64,000 bases of DNA from Harriotta raleighana (Eukaryota), in NCBI GenBank assembly GCA_050575255.1, contig JBNZDD010013714.1, forward strand, positions 8,491,851 to 8,555,850, read 5' to 3'. Below the pieces are notes generated by a model that saw only the letters and a program-made list of their open reading frames with translations, was not told the origin of the DNA and made no database searches. The translations under genes and the position numbers were made by a program. Of the stretch, positions 9,903-23,227 are shown piece by piece. Every line of letters begins with the position of its first letter. Within the stretch, counting starts at the first letter, position 1.

Positions 9903-12900
9903 GACTCGAGAGAAAGCAAAACAAAATTGCCGTAACTTTTCAGTTTAAAACACTTCATTTAAAATTCCTCCCATTCTCAAACCCGCCTCAATTTGTCCCG
10001 AATATACAGTGTAGATATATATATATACATATATAACAGCAGCGATACTTTCTGCGCACTCCTCTCTGTATGTGTGTGTGTATTTAGTCACTAGATTTTT
10101 TTAAAAAAACACCCAAGAAATAACATTGTACTCTCGAGGTATTTGGGCGACATTAGTTATTTTTAACAACGCTGTGACTTTGATGTGATTTTTTTTCGGT
10201 GTATGTGTGTGTGTGTGGGAGGGGAGGTAGGGGAGGGGGGAGAGGGGGGGGGGGGAGGAAAAGTAATACAAAGTCATGGCGTTTGCTTCTGTTTATTCGC
10301 TATTTTNTAAAAAAACACCCAAGAAATAACATTGTACTCTCGAGGTATTTGGGCGACATTAGTTATTTTTAACAACGCTGTGACTTTGATGTGATTTTTT
10401 TTCGGTGTATGTGTGTGTGTGTGGGAGGGGAGGTAGGGGAGGGGGGAGAGGGGGGGGGGGGNATTTTCCCCCCAGTGAAGTTTCCCTGTGTTGTTCATTG
10501 CGTTTGTTTAACAGGGCAACGAATAACCAGCCCAGGTTTTCGAAAACACCCGTTTGTGATTTCGGTGACAAATGTGCGGTTCACGAAAGTTTAAGCTGTC
10601 GGGTGGGGGGGTGACCGGTAAACTAATAAGAGTCATAAATAAATCGGCGGGTGCTTGTGATAATAGTTTTGATGTGAAATCCCTTGAGAAGCGATGTGTA
10701 AGAATGAGCTGCATGGATTCGGATTGACACCGGAATAGAGGCAGGATTTGGGACTCCCATTTCCAACTGTAAATGTATTATCTGGTCTAAACCATCGATC
10801 AATCAATTAATCAATCAATCACATTGTTTATCCTCCACCCCCCGCCCACCCCCCACTTTTTTTTGGGATCGTTTTCAATGCGATGAAATCAACCCGATTT
10901 TCTACAACAAATTCCTTTCTCTCTCTCTCCCCCTTCCCCCACATAACCTCCCCCCCCCCACCCACACACACATACCTACCCCCTCCCTCTCTATTAAAAA
11001 AACACACCGATATCTAACCGTGAAAACTATCTGTCGTAGCTGTGATCTCGAATAAGCAGAACCTCCCAAAGCACCGTGAAATAGTTTACGTGAAAGCAAC
11101 CCCCCCCCCCCCCCCCCCCCCCACCCCCCCACCCNNNNNNNNNNNNNNNNCCCCACCCCCCAAACCAATGATCGCCCCTGACATGTCTCCATCACCGACA
11201 GGTAATAAAGGTGTGAACGTGGGAATTACAGGGTATGGATGAGTGAGTGAATGTATCAGTCAAGGAATAGCCCTTAGTCTCTGTGCAGTACTTTCCCCCC
11301 TCCCACCCCTTTCCGATCGCAATATGCGTTGAAGTCACAGTCAGTTTTGCGCTCGCAAAGTTTACAACTGCTTTCCATGTTTTGTTTTCTGTTTTTTTTA
11401 AAAAAATGACAAGTTGAGTGACTTGTTCCAACATTTTCAACCCATCTTAACGCCTCGCCGTTCAGGAATTATTTGGTAAACGCAAAGCTCAAAGGATATC
11501 TATATATATATTTCCCCCTCCCCTGGTCCATTTGAGTTTATTTTTTGTTTGTTGTGTGTTTGTGTGGGTGGGTAGGGGGCAGGCAGAGAGGGGGGCAAGT
11601 GTTCAAATTGCTCGTCTCAAAACCATTCGCTGTAGACGGTAAAAGGCATCAAATGCGAATCGCAAACTGTTCCTGGTGGTGGGAAGGGGGTGGGGGGGGG
11701 GGGGGGGGGGGGGGNNNNNNNNNNNNNNNNNNNNNNNNNNNNNNNNNNNNNNNNNNNNNNNNNNNNNNNNNNNGGGGTGGGGGTGAAAAGGTTTACATTG
11801 ACACTTTTAATTACCTATTTACCCGAGTGTCTGGGGAATACGAATTAACTATCACCCCCAACACCAAATAATCGATAGAGATTACATGCCGAAAATTCGA
11901 TTGAACGTGTGTGAGAGAGATCTCTCTCCCCCCCTTTCTCTCGCCTTGGACATGAAGTGGTCTGTGTATAACACGGTCACATCAAACGCTTTTTAAAAAA
12001 AAATAACATCGGCCTTTTTAAAAAAAAAAATATTTTTAACAGAAAACTAGAAATCTAGATTTTTTTTTAAATGCCACCAATGTGCTAAAAGGTAAACACG
12101 TGAATATTCCGCACTAAATAAATGACACAAATTGATTTCGTTGCGCGGGGTATTAAAATAAACTTCAGAAATGATTCTATTGGCGCGAAATTCACTATGT
12201 GGTGGTGGTGGTGGGGTCTGTGTGGAGGAACAGGTTTGCAGAGCAATTGCGAGGAATTCTTTGCAATGTATAAGAATTGCTGTGTGTGTGTGTTTGTGTG
12301 GTGGGAGAAGGGGGGGGGCTGTCAGCTAAGAGACATCCTTTTCAAGTTCCTGTAGAAGTCAAATGTCCTAGAGTACAGGGAGGTGGGTTTCCTCCAGTCC
12401 CTCTGTTGAAGTCCTTGGCTCTGAGATGAATGATAGTTGTGGATTTTTTTTTTTTTTACCTTTCCAGTCGTGATTGTAATGATTTGGGCGGGTTCTGTGC
12501 AGTTTTCTGGTGTCCTCACAATAAATCTACCCAAAGCTTTAGATAGACATTACATTCATTCCTCCCAGCCAAGCAGCTTTGTGCTGGAAGCTGGCGAGAG
12601 AGGCTGCCTGGTAGTTTGTGTGGAGTGGACATGAGATTTTTGATTCCTGTGAAAGTCGCTCTGATTTGAGCTGATGCCTCGCAGACGATCTGACACATAT
12701 ATTTGATCAATTCATTTTGAGCTCTGTCAAGCATTTTATTTCACTGTATGTCAGCGTCCTGCAAAAGACCGATGCATCTTTTTCTCTCTCTCTCTCTCTC
12801 TCTGCTTTGTGTCTATATTTATATGCATNAGTATGTCTCAGCGTCCTGCAAAAGACCGATGCATCTTTTTCTCTCTCTCTCTCTCTCTCTCTGCTTTGTG

Positions 12901-15900
12901 TCTATATTTATATGCATCCGGTGTATTCACGTACAGATCATATCCTGTTTCACATCTTATTAACAGGTCGTTAGTTAAGGCCGGGGTAAAGGAATTTCAT
13001 TCTGGGGATGACGGGGGGAAAAAAAATCACAGTATCTCAAAACTCTCTCTCTCCTCCCCCCCCCCCAATAAATAGTTCAGCGTGGATTCAAGTTGCTGGT
13101 TTAGTGCTGCGATTGAAAATGTGAGAGTTAAGTTAAAAAGTCGCGTTTTGAGAGAGTGAAATGACTGTCCCAATGTGCGAGTTAAAAGTAATTCCTCAGG
13201 AATCTGCTGGGCCCTAATGCACCTCACTTCGTCAGGTGAGATGTGTGTGTGTGAGAGANAGTGTGTGAGAGAGAGAGTGTGTGTGATGATGATAACTGCG
13301 ACAGAGCATCGCCCAAAGCCAAGGAGGCGAAAGTCCAAACGCTTTATGATTCCTTCCCCCCCCACACCCCCCCCCCACCACCACCAAAAAAAAGTTAGAT
13401 AAACTCAACTCTTTTGAGTTTTGAAACTGACCCAATAAATGCACAGACCGAGAGCCACGCAAAGGAGTAAATAAACACAAAACTATGCCAACAGAAAGCC
13501 AATGAGCATTGCAGTTTATTCCACAGCTTTAAATAACGTTGAAGAGCTGCAAACCGAGTGAGGCCACTACATAAAAAAAATCCGAGTGTGTATTTCGCTG
13601 TAACTAACTCGGCAGCTAAAGCGCTGTGTGTCTGCGCTCTTGTGCTGACGACTTTGCACTTTCTGAGGTGTTAAAAGGTCAGTTTCTTTTTTGTCTTCCT
13701 CTACCTCGTTTTGTGCTGGGTTTTTTGGGTGGGGGGGGGGGGGTCGTGTGCGTTGCGACGCGGGTGGGAACTGCAAAGGTCTGTGGCAGCTTTGGCAAAG
13801 TTGAGAGAGGATTGCATCTGACCGTATTCTTCGGCAAGTGAAGCACTTTCCATCAGCAATGAACCCCGGGGGTGCGGGGGGGGGGTGGGGGGGGGGGGGG
13901 GGGGGGNGTCGTGTGCGTTGCGACGCGGGTGGGAACTGCAAAGGTCTGTGGCAGCTTTGGCAAGGTTGAGAGAGGATTGCATCTGAGCGTATTCTTCGGC
14001 AAGTGAAGCACTTTCCATCAGCAATGAACCCCGGGGGTGGGTGGGGGGGGGGGGGGGGGGACTGTGTGTTAAATCACTCCATCGCCCAATATTACAAAAC
14101 ATTACAAATGTCGTTATCTCCCTCTTTAATCAGCCGCATTTTTTTTTAACTACCACAAATTTGAGCATTTTACTTTAAAGAGCCCACGGAGAATATTGTG
14201 TGTGTGGGTGTGTTTTTTCCCCCACTCCCCCCCCCCCCCCCCCCGCACCTCGCTCCCTCNCGCCCAATATTACAAAACATTACAAATGTCGTTATCTCCC
14301 TCTTTAATCAGCCGCATTTTTTTTTAACTACCACAAATTTGAGCATTTTACTTTAAAGAGCCCACGGAGAATATTGTGTGTGTGGGTGTGTTTTTTCCCC
14401 CACTCCCCCCCCCCCCCCAAAAAAAAAACACGTAACAACATTTTAAACGAAGTCCCCTTTTTTGTAGATGACAGTGGGAGCAACAAACGCACTCTCTGTC
14501 GAGAGAAAAGCAGATCTAGAAAACAGGTGTGTGGAAATGAATATATATATTTCAACAGTTTTTGTTTCCCCCCCTCAAAAAAAATCATTGATTCACAAAA
14601 GTCCCCGACAAATGAATAAGCACTTCCGTCTTGCAAACAAGCTAATAAAATCATTGATTAGGAACGCGAATTATTGCTGTAGTTGCGAGCTCGGTGTTGC
14701 TTCTTAATAATGATTTTAAAAAATATATGTATAGATATAGATATAAAGCAACACGTTTGTGTATTTTGGTAAATTCTGCCAATTGACAGATCCTTGCCGG
14801 GGGAGATTTGTGCAGACGAATTATACCTGATCCGAACTCTGTTCAGGTCTCTCTCTTTCATCGATACTTCTTTCGGAATGAATAGATTTTGCAACTTCTG
14901 TATATTTTTTGCCACAACAGCGCACGGATAAAAAAGCCATTGCTTTGCTCAGAAAGTGAGTGTCAGTTTCTGGTGGAACAGAACAATGGACGCAACTTTT
15001 ATGCAGTAACTTGTATCTCTTGTGCATCAATCCATCCCCTTTTTATCCCTTATACTTTCCCCAACCCCACTCCCCCCCCCCCCCCCCCCCAAGGCTCGCC
15101 CTTTGAGATCCGTTATCGTGAAACGCTCTGAGACGCCGTCCGGCGTGGNTCAATTCAAAACTCTTACTAAAGAAAGTTTGCTGTTAACACGCCTGTGACA
15201 GTCAGACATCATATTGAATACACGATCAAGTTAAGTCATTTTTGTAGCAACGCATTTTTGTCACCCTATATATGTGTGTGTACAATATATATATATGGTG
15301 AAAAAATATATATATTGACTTATTCTTACAAAAAACCCAGTGTGTGTGAGTGTGTGTGAGCAATAATATTAGAACGACTTTTAACATAAGTTTCTTTCAA
15401 ACAACAGCTCTTTTAATTGCTTGTTTGACTGAGCGCCATTCAATCATTCCCTTCCATTCCTGAAATTCTCAGGAGCCTGATCTGATTTCTATCTTGTTGG
15501 GTCGGGCAAGTGTATCGGTGGATATTCCGGAGACAGCTCAGCTCTGAACGTTACCTGGAGCATGTGTCTGCAGGGCAGAAATCAGATGCTTCCATTGGAA
15601 GTCAGACCTTAAGGCACTGGACTGAAAACCTTATTGGCCACATTCCCTTTTTTTTTCCCCCCCTTTCCCACCCCAAAAAAAAAACTGTTTTGACGTTTCA
15701 AACACTGCATTACAATTCCTCTGTATGAATTCATACTTGTCTAATTGCAATTATGTGAATCTGGAACGATGATTAGCCACAAGGTTGATTCTCATGGCTG
15801 TTAGCAATTTAAAAACATTCACTCACTGGCGCATATGAATGAGCCAAATGACTCGTCTCCTTTGCAGAAAATGTCTATGTCCCTGTTAGTTGTCTCGCCC

Positions 15901-17260
15901 ATCAACAGTTAACCTCTTCAACATTCAAGTCATCTGCTATTGAATTACCAACCTGCAGCTTATGATTTAAAGTACTGTACTGCAGAACGTTATGTATAGT
16001 CGTACATGTAGAAGTGTAAGGAAAAAAATAATCTTCATTTATACTGTACAGCCTTTTTAATGCTTGCTCTTTGGGAAGAACCACCCTGTTCTCAATGTTC
16101 TGAAGGACTGATTATAGAATGACTTACTGAGTAATACAGGCAGTGACACTTAAGTTCATGAGGTGAAAATGCAAGTATTTATTCTGCTTGCTGATCATAA
16201 TCATTTTTGTACCTACTCTACAAAGCTGTATATCTGTGGTCCAGTGTCACATAATGCCATCTTAGCAATGTACTGAAGTAATCATGGGCCCTACCGTATT
16301 CCTGGTCTGACACTCTCTCCCCCCACCTTCCGGGGGCTCATACTTGGCGGATATGTTTAAATTTCAGTGAAATATATCTGCCTATTTCATTACTGGTATA
16401 TTTGAATTGCCTGGTGTTAGAATTCTCACAGTAGTGAAATTTTACCAACACAAACATTTGAGATATCAGAGACTATGCCAAACCTGAAGTAATTGTCATG
16501 AACTGCTCCTTATTTTATTCCAGAAGACAGTATGCAATCTCAGGGGATTCGACTATATGTATTGCAGATGTCTAAAAAAGACAAAGCATCGTTGAAAGAC
16601 GTACACAAGTAGATGGGAAAGTGCTTCACTGGTATTTGATCTTATATGAAGAAATAAATGAGTTGGGACTGTGATGGGGATCTCTCCATTGGAAAGACCA
16701 GAGCTGGCAGGTTTTCCTTTTTTTCCAGGGTCTGGTCAGTGGTGAAGAATGATTCCTATTCTGCTGATGAGACACTGATAAGGATAATTGGCTGACATCA
16801 GTCACAAGTTCGAGTATCTCATGAAGGTATACTCCATCAGGGTTGTCTGTACTCAACTGGCTCTTAAATGTTAAGAGTTCAGCTTATCCGAACACTATAT
16901 TTTCAGTATGATTGAATAAGAATGAATTGTTTCATTGAACTGCATGCTATTTTGGTTCCTCCAGTTTAATGAAGGATAAAGGACTTTTATGTTCATTTAA
17001 AACTTTCACCTCGTCGTTTCATTTTCACTAAATATATTTCAATGAAGGGGTTAAAGCTTTAATTCTCAGAAAATCATGTACGGAATAATTTAACAGGAAT
17101 ATTATTATGATTAGGTGGTGCGATATGGATATAAGGCATTGAGCCAATACAGAGTTCAAGGTATAGGAGGAGTAATTCATTACCGTTGTATACAGTATTG
17201 TGGTTGCTGTTGTCATGTTAGTTTTGATTTTAGATACCTGGCATGCAATGGTTGAAACGA

Positions 17261-17410
17261 TAATAAAAAAGTCCTTGCTTTTGATATAGTGTCTTATCGC
17301 ATCATTGAGACATCTCAAAGTGCTTCACAGATGCATTGTAAAATGGATTGACTGTGTATTTTGTGGGTGAAATGCAAAACAATTGCGCACAACAGTGTCT
17401 CACAAACAGA
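17261..17410 (-). mobile_element. Deu-domain SINE 3' fragment with L2-type tail
   Basis: Reverse complement of the recurrent TGTGAAGCGCTTTGAGACA...CTATATCAAATGCAAGGATTATT tail seen more than 10 times in the window. Confidence 0.8.
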
Positions 17411-18504
17411 ATGGGAGCATGCAGTTCTCATTTCTCCACTGACTTGTTATTGAAGGATAAAAGGTTTCATATCTCAGGTGCTACAGATGATTGCCTTGTG
17501 GACACGATAAAGGACACCCTGTCTCAGAGGATTCTGAGAACAAGAAGACTGTCCCCAAAGGTTCCATTTTTTGCTGCTCTTGGATTTTTTTTTGTTGCCT
17601 CTGGGTTATTTTAGACTCAAGTAGGTGACATTGTAGGTCTTAGCCAGCAGTCACTCAATAATAATGGGAATTGATGCATTGACAGAAGAACACCACACAC
17701 TATTAAATTTCCTGCTGATGGGACGTACTGTACTTGAATTATGCAAACCTTTTATAAACTATTTGGCATAACCAATGTTGCAATACAACTGACTGTACCA
17801 GGGTTCCTATGCCTTAATGCCTAATTGAACTCTAGAAGCTACTACTTTATACACGCTTTCAAACCACCTATGAAGTACTAAAAGACATTTGTTGTTCAAA
17901 CCGATAGATTAATAAATGGGCATGTTAATTTTGTAATATGTGCAGAAAGCTATTATATGATCCAAGCTGTAATGTATGTTAATATTAGGCTATTACTTAT
18001 GTATTTTTCCATGCTTGCAACCTTTGCTAACATATAATCAAGTTGCATATTTTCATAATACTTGATAATACTAAAATCTGCAAGATTGTTTGGATAATGT
18101 CCCTTGACCTAGTGCTATAAAACCGGGCTTGTAGAGAAGCCCATTTGATCAAATTTTTGTTAAATATGATAAATATGATATAAATAGTTATAAACCATCA
18201 AATAACCTGAAGCAAACATTAAAACACATCATGTATACTTCTAGATAGTCGTAAGTAGAAAACCCTACATGATTGTTTTAAACAAAACTGCAAAATTGCT
18301 TTCTTTTCACATTTTTGCATTGATTAAAATTATTTTTTACTTTAGTGGTAACATATATAGACCCTATCCACTATTTTTCAGTAAAGTCGATGAAAAAGAA
18401 GAGGTATAGATTACGAATAAAGCATTCATTGAATATACAACAACTTGCACTTATACAGTTCATAGGTATCATAGAACATCCATAGAAAATACACTTCAGT
18501 GCTT

Positions 18505-18900
18505 TCGGTGGCAGCTTGGGTCAATGGGTAGTAATTTCACAGTCAGAAGGTTGTGAGTTCAAGCCCGGCTCATGCAGGTGGTGGGGATGCACAGATTTGT
18601 TGGATGCGCTGCTATTCAGATTCAACATGAAAAGAAGGTCTCTTTTGCCTGTTCAGTTGGATGTTAGAGATTCCAGGGCACTATTTCAAAAGAGAAGTGA
18701 GTTTCTTCCAGTGCCCTGGTCAACAACTCCCCAGGTAAAAGAAAATTGTTCATTCACTTCATGGCTGTTTGTTGGGTATTGCTGTGTGCAAATTGGCTGC
18801 TGGTCACCTACATGTATACATTCACTGTAAATTACAGAAATCTCTGTGGTGAGATTTAGGACATTTCAACATGATATAATTGCAAAGTTCATTATTAGAG
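18505..18900 (+). mobile_element. Near full-length, diverged tRNA-derived Deu-domain SINE
   Basis: tRNA-like head (...CAGAAGGTTGTGAGTTCAAGCCC, B-box-like), Deu-like core GGCACTATTTCAAAAGAG...GCTGTGTGCAAATTGGCTGC, and a decayed tail. Resembles the recalled AmnSINE/SacSINE1-type consensus. Confidence 0.75.
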
Positions 18901-20214
18901 ATGCATTACAATTTTCCTTTTCTACTCTGCAGAGTAGGCAGTAAGGCTTTTTAATGACTTCAAGACAGTTTTCCAACTTCTAAGTACTTGTAAACAAATA
19001 AGCTTTTTTTAAAAAATGAAAAAGTCACTATCTTTTTCAAGGTTATACACTGTCCCATTCGGATTCATTTGGAATTTTTCACATTTCTCCCTAACTCAGA
19101 TAGACAAAACTTGGATTGCATGGTGTGCATTGGTGTACATCCTAACATTAGTCTAGATTTGCAATGTGGGTTGATGATGTGGGCACATTAAGAAGAATGA
19201 GAGGTTTCTTTGAAAGGTAATCCATTGGATTTGTGTGATATAAGCAGACTTTGAGAAGCAAACCAGTGCTGAGGTTAAATCTCATTAACAACTGCTTCAA
19301 GAATTCAGCAATTTAGGATCTTGTCTTGCTGTTAAAATTAAAGTTTACTGTTAATGTTGCAACTATATTCTATCTACATCATTAGTCTTCATAGTCAATA
19401 TCACATAATTCTTCCTGTGCAATTGGAAAGAACATGCTTTATGTCTTTTCCATGTAAATAGACATGAGTGTGATTGGATAGTGACGCAACCCATTGTCTT
19501 TAATTACCACATACCCCTTAGTTCCAATCTCTGGGTGTCCCAGTGACACCAAGAGGTTGCTTTGCAACAGAGAAAATACCTCTTCATTTATTTAATCTCC
19601 GACAGATTTATTTGGATCTGGGGCTTTTCCTAATTAGTCTCACAAATATTATCGAGGACAATGCATTTCTAATGCATGTGGTGATTACAATTATTCATTT
19701 TCACGCCATTTGGAGACATTCCAAGAGTCTGGACTATAGCTGGTGAATTTCTTGACTGCTTCCATGAATAAAGTGTTAATGCAAGGCAGCATTGTCCTTC
19801 GAATCTGTGTGTTGATAGGGAGCATTTGAGGAATATTGAGAGTCAACTATGTAAAGCATGTGAGTCTGATATTTGGTGATTTCTAACTCTAATACTAACT
19901 AATCCTTGCATTTCTAACTCCTTCTTTAACCAAAATATGTCACAACAACGCCAGGAACATTTATCTTAAAGTAGATTGTAGTGCACAAGAGCTCCTATGA
20001 ATTGATGTGACATATTTCTGTTTTCCTTATTCTGGGAACTCATTAGTAATTGTCACCCATTTGACGTAGTGATTTCTGTTGAATCCTTTTTATTCTTTGC
20101 ATCAAGTTGAATGGAAACTGAAATCCATATCTCAGTGAAGCTGAATAAATGCCTGCTGAGAACATAGCAAACCAAGGTGCAAAGACACTTATCAACAGCA
20201 GCAAGATAGCAGCC

Positions 20215-20268
20215 GCAAAACTACACTTGTATAGCACCTTTCACTCCAGGAGGATGTCCAAGGTGCTG
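20215..20268 (-). mobile_element. L2-type 3' tail fragment
   Basis: CAAAACTACACTTGTATAGCACCTTTCACTCCAGGAGGATGTCC matches the tail of the L2 at 30204-30265. Confidence 0.6.
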
Positions 20269-20898
20269 AACGTTACCTATTACTCAAACGAGCTATTATC
20301 CTAAATAACAACACCTGGTAAGAAGTGGAATAACCCACTACATTAAGAAATGAACACTGAAGTCTCCACTGGCTACAGGGGAGTTTGTCACTTGATAACA
20401 TGGAAGCTTACAGCCTTATGAGAAGTCAATCAGGCCATGGAGGAGCATGTGTGACTGTAAATACTGGGCATAGAAATCATTTCAGATCAAATTTTAATTT
20501 CAAATGCAGTAATGTAGAGAGTGAGCATTATATGTGCCAGTACATGTTGCAAAACCCCTGCTTTTCTGTAAGATTTCAGATCATGTACAGTGACACTGAA
20601 ACAATTCTAATACTGCACTAATTAAATTACTTGAATATTGGGACCTTTATTGCTGTAATGTTGACTTTAAACTGATATTATACTATATTAAACAATTATT
20701 TATTTTAAAAACAATCATTGCATCCCTTGCCTTTTCTTGTCATCTATTCAACTCTATTCTCTCTGTGTATCAATTCTATATTTTTAAATTTAGGTTGATT
20801 TTTCCATGCTTAAAATCCCCAAATGGCCTACATATCCTATTCTTTGCAATAACTATTTTATGGAGCTCAGTGATGGGAGTTTGATTCTAGGGAGGTAT

Positions 20899-20938
20899 TT
20901 TTTTAGGGTATACCTAAAAAATGGTATACCCTAAAAAA
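20899..20938. repeat. Perfect inverted repeat, 16-bp arms, 8-nt spacer
   Basis: TTTTTTAGGGTATACC-TAAAAAAT-GGTATACCCTAAAAAA. Confidence 0.95.
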
Positions 20939-20959
20939 GTTCAATAATACTTTTCAACC

Positions 20960-21216
20960 CACAACTGTTTGTGGGACACTGCTTGGACAATTGGCTGCCG
21001 CATTTCACCCACAAAATATACAGTCAATTCACTTCACAGTATATTCTGTGAAGCGCTTTGAGACGTCGATTAGATGTGAAAAGCGCTATATCAAATGCTA
21101 GGATTATTATTATGTAGACCAACAATTCACTTTACAGTATATTCTGTGAAGCGCTTTGAGACATCTAGAAAATGTGAACAGCGTTATATCAAATGCAAGG
21201 AATATTTTATTATTAT
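20960..21216 (+). mobile_element. Two tandem Deu-SINE 3' fragments (about 20960-21112 and 21122-21216)
   Basis: Two successive copies of ACAGTATATTCTGTGAAGCGCTTTGAGAC...TATATCAAATGC...(ATT)n that differ from each other by many substitutions. Confidence 0.85.
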
Positions 21217-21984
21217 AAAGTGCATACAGTCTCCACTAGAGAGAAATATTGACACTTTCAGAAATAGAAGGCAACACACTGGCAATGGTGTTAATGGATA
21301 CGGAGATATGAAGGAACCAGGATTAGAAAGTTATTTCACAGACTTGTTTGCCACCTGATTCTCTGCTCCACTTTACACCATCTCCCAGCATACATATTTG
21401 ATTGAGTATATTGAACAACATAGTTGAGTTAAAAATATAGTTTGAAAAATGGCACTCAAGGTGATGATTGCAATATTTGTGCTGGGAGAAGCATCAAACC
21501 AAGTTTTGTGCATAATTACTTATGGTCAAAAAAATCATTGCTGGTTGATTAATCAATGATGCATTGCATACAAAGAACATTTAATTAGATAAATCAGTAC
21601 CTTGTATGTCTTGCAATCCTTTGTTACAAAATCGAAATAAACCAAATTAACCAAAATAAACCAAAGGCCGATTTTATACTGGATTTCTGTGGCAGTTTGC
21701 CATGAACAATGCCCTATAGTACTGGGTTGAGTTGTACAATTCAGGAGTGTGAATCATGCTTTAGCCCTACTGATGAGGAATCCTTAGCTACGTGCTTTTG
21801 GCAGGACTGCTATTCACTCCAGTATAGTAAATTAAGTGGATGGAATCAAAACTGGCTCCAATCCCAAGAGTTCCCTTAGTTCTTGGGTGATCAAATGAAC
21901 TGAAGGGAGTTTATCCCCTTTGTAATGGTAGAAAAAAGCCATCACATGAGATGTTAGTAGAAATCAGGCTTCGGTCTCCATAGC

Positions 21985-22022
21985 GCTCTACTATAAGTGA
22001 ATCACTTCACTTATAGTAGAGC
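21985..22022. repeat. Perfect inverted repeat, 17-bp arms, 4-nt loop
   Basis: GCTCTACTATAAGTGAA-TCAC-TTCACTTATAGTAGAGC. Confidence 0.97.
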
Positions 22023-23227
22023 CAGTCATAAGTATTTGCTTGGAACCAATCTGAATGAACAGTAGAAATAGTTAACCGACTCGGATTCCATCACAATTCA
22101 CTGATACGTCCACTCATCATTTACCACCTTTGTATACAATTGCAAGTATGCTTTAAAAATATATTCCCAGGTTTTGCCATTACCCAACTTGTCCTCTCCA
22201 CAGTGCAAACTATAGGATAATGCACTAATGTAGCGACATTGATAAATATGAGTTTCATTTCACTGTTTATACAGTCTAAAGTGACTGAAATTCAAACTTG
22301 ATATTTTCCATCTGTTGATGTATCATGCTGCCAAAATTTACATCCTGGTTGGAACTCACACATGCGCAAACACATACACCATAGTTTAAAGACATACATT
22401 TCCAATCTGTAGTTTTGAGAGACTGAAGTATTGGCCTGCTAAAAATTTTAACTGAGTTTTAACATGGAATGTCCTTTGTACACTACTTCCAGTACTCTGT
22501 AAACAAATGCCAAAATACACTTTCCACTGACAGTAAAACCTTGCCCAGAATTCATTATAACTGAGTGTTCTTGGTGCTGTGGTTTTGCAGAGCATTCAAG
22601 GATTCTGTGGATTGTTGATCTACTTCCTAAACCTTGCATACAGAACAATATATTTCAAGAATTTATGGGAACCCTTTAGACTGAGGTTTGGAATATGCTG
22701 CTTTTAAAAAACATTTGCTCTAGTTTAAAAATGATTAATAGTATAACTAACAGTATTAGTGTAGTAATGGTGAGCCTGTAAGCCATTTTACAGAATTACA
22801 TAGCAAAATGTTTTAAATGTGGCATCAGTTATATGTTAAATTTATTACCATAAATTATATATTGTTAAAACATAGAAAATGCAAGATTTTAGTTGTCTGT
22901 TACAAACTGGTTATTTGCAGAGTCACTTGATCCATTCAGGCTCATTCAGTGATTTGTCTGCCAGACAAAGGTAGATTAATCACTCCAGTGATCCTTTTTC
23001 CCTGAGTAGATTCTCTTCCATATTATTCTGGGTTATTCCTAGGCAGCACGGGCACTGGGGCTTGTACTTACAAAAGCAGTGGCATGCATTTCTGCCTAAA
23101 TTCATCGAGAGTCATAATTCTATGGAATGCACAGCATTTTAAACAAATTCGATCCAAAGAATTTGCACAGAATACAGTCATGTAAATAACATGTGTCTAG
23201 CACTCTACCCGCTTCAGTGTATATTCA

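Larger units (their letters stand above)
2900..15600. promoter_or_regulatory. Extended CpG-retaining, transposon-free domain around the TSHZ promoter (methylation-valley-like)
   Basis: CpGs are visibly frequent here (e.g. 5640-5820, 9000-9250, 10500-10740, 13560-14040) compared with the CpG-poor sequence beyond ~16 kb. No recognisable SINE/LINE appears until ~17.2 kb. Judged by eye, not computed. Confidence 0.6.

Noticed and set aside
10102-10461. Direct duplication around N at 10307; likewise 12748-12917 and 14083-14418
   Set aside because: Same single-N join signature; not credible as biological tandem repeats.
18510-18575. tRNA gene
   Set aside because: Only a decayed A/B-box head continuing into SINE core; no cloverleaf.
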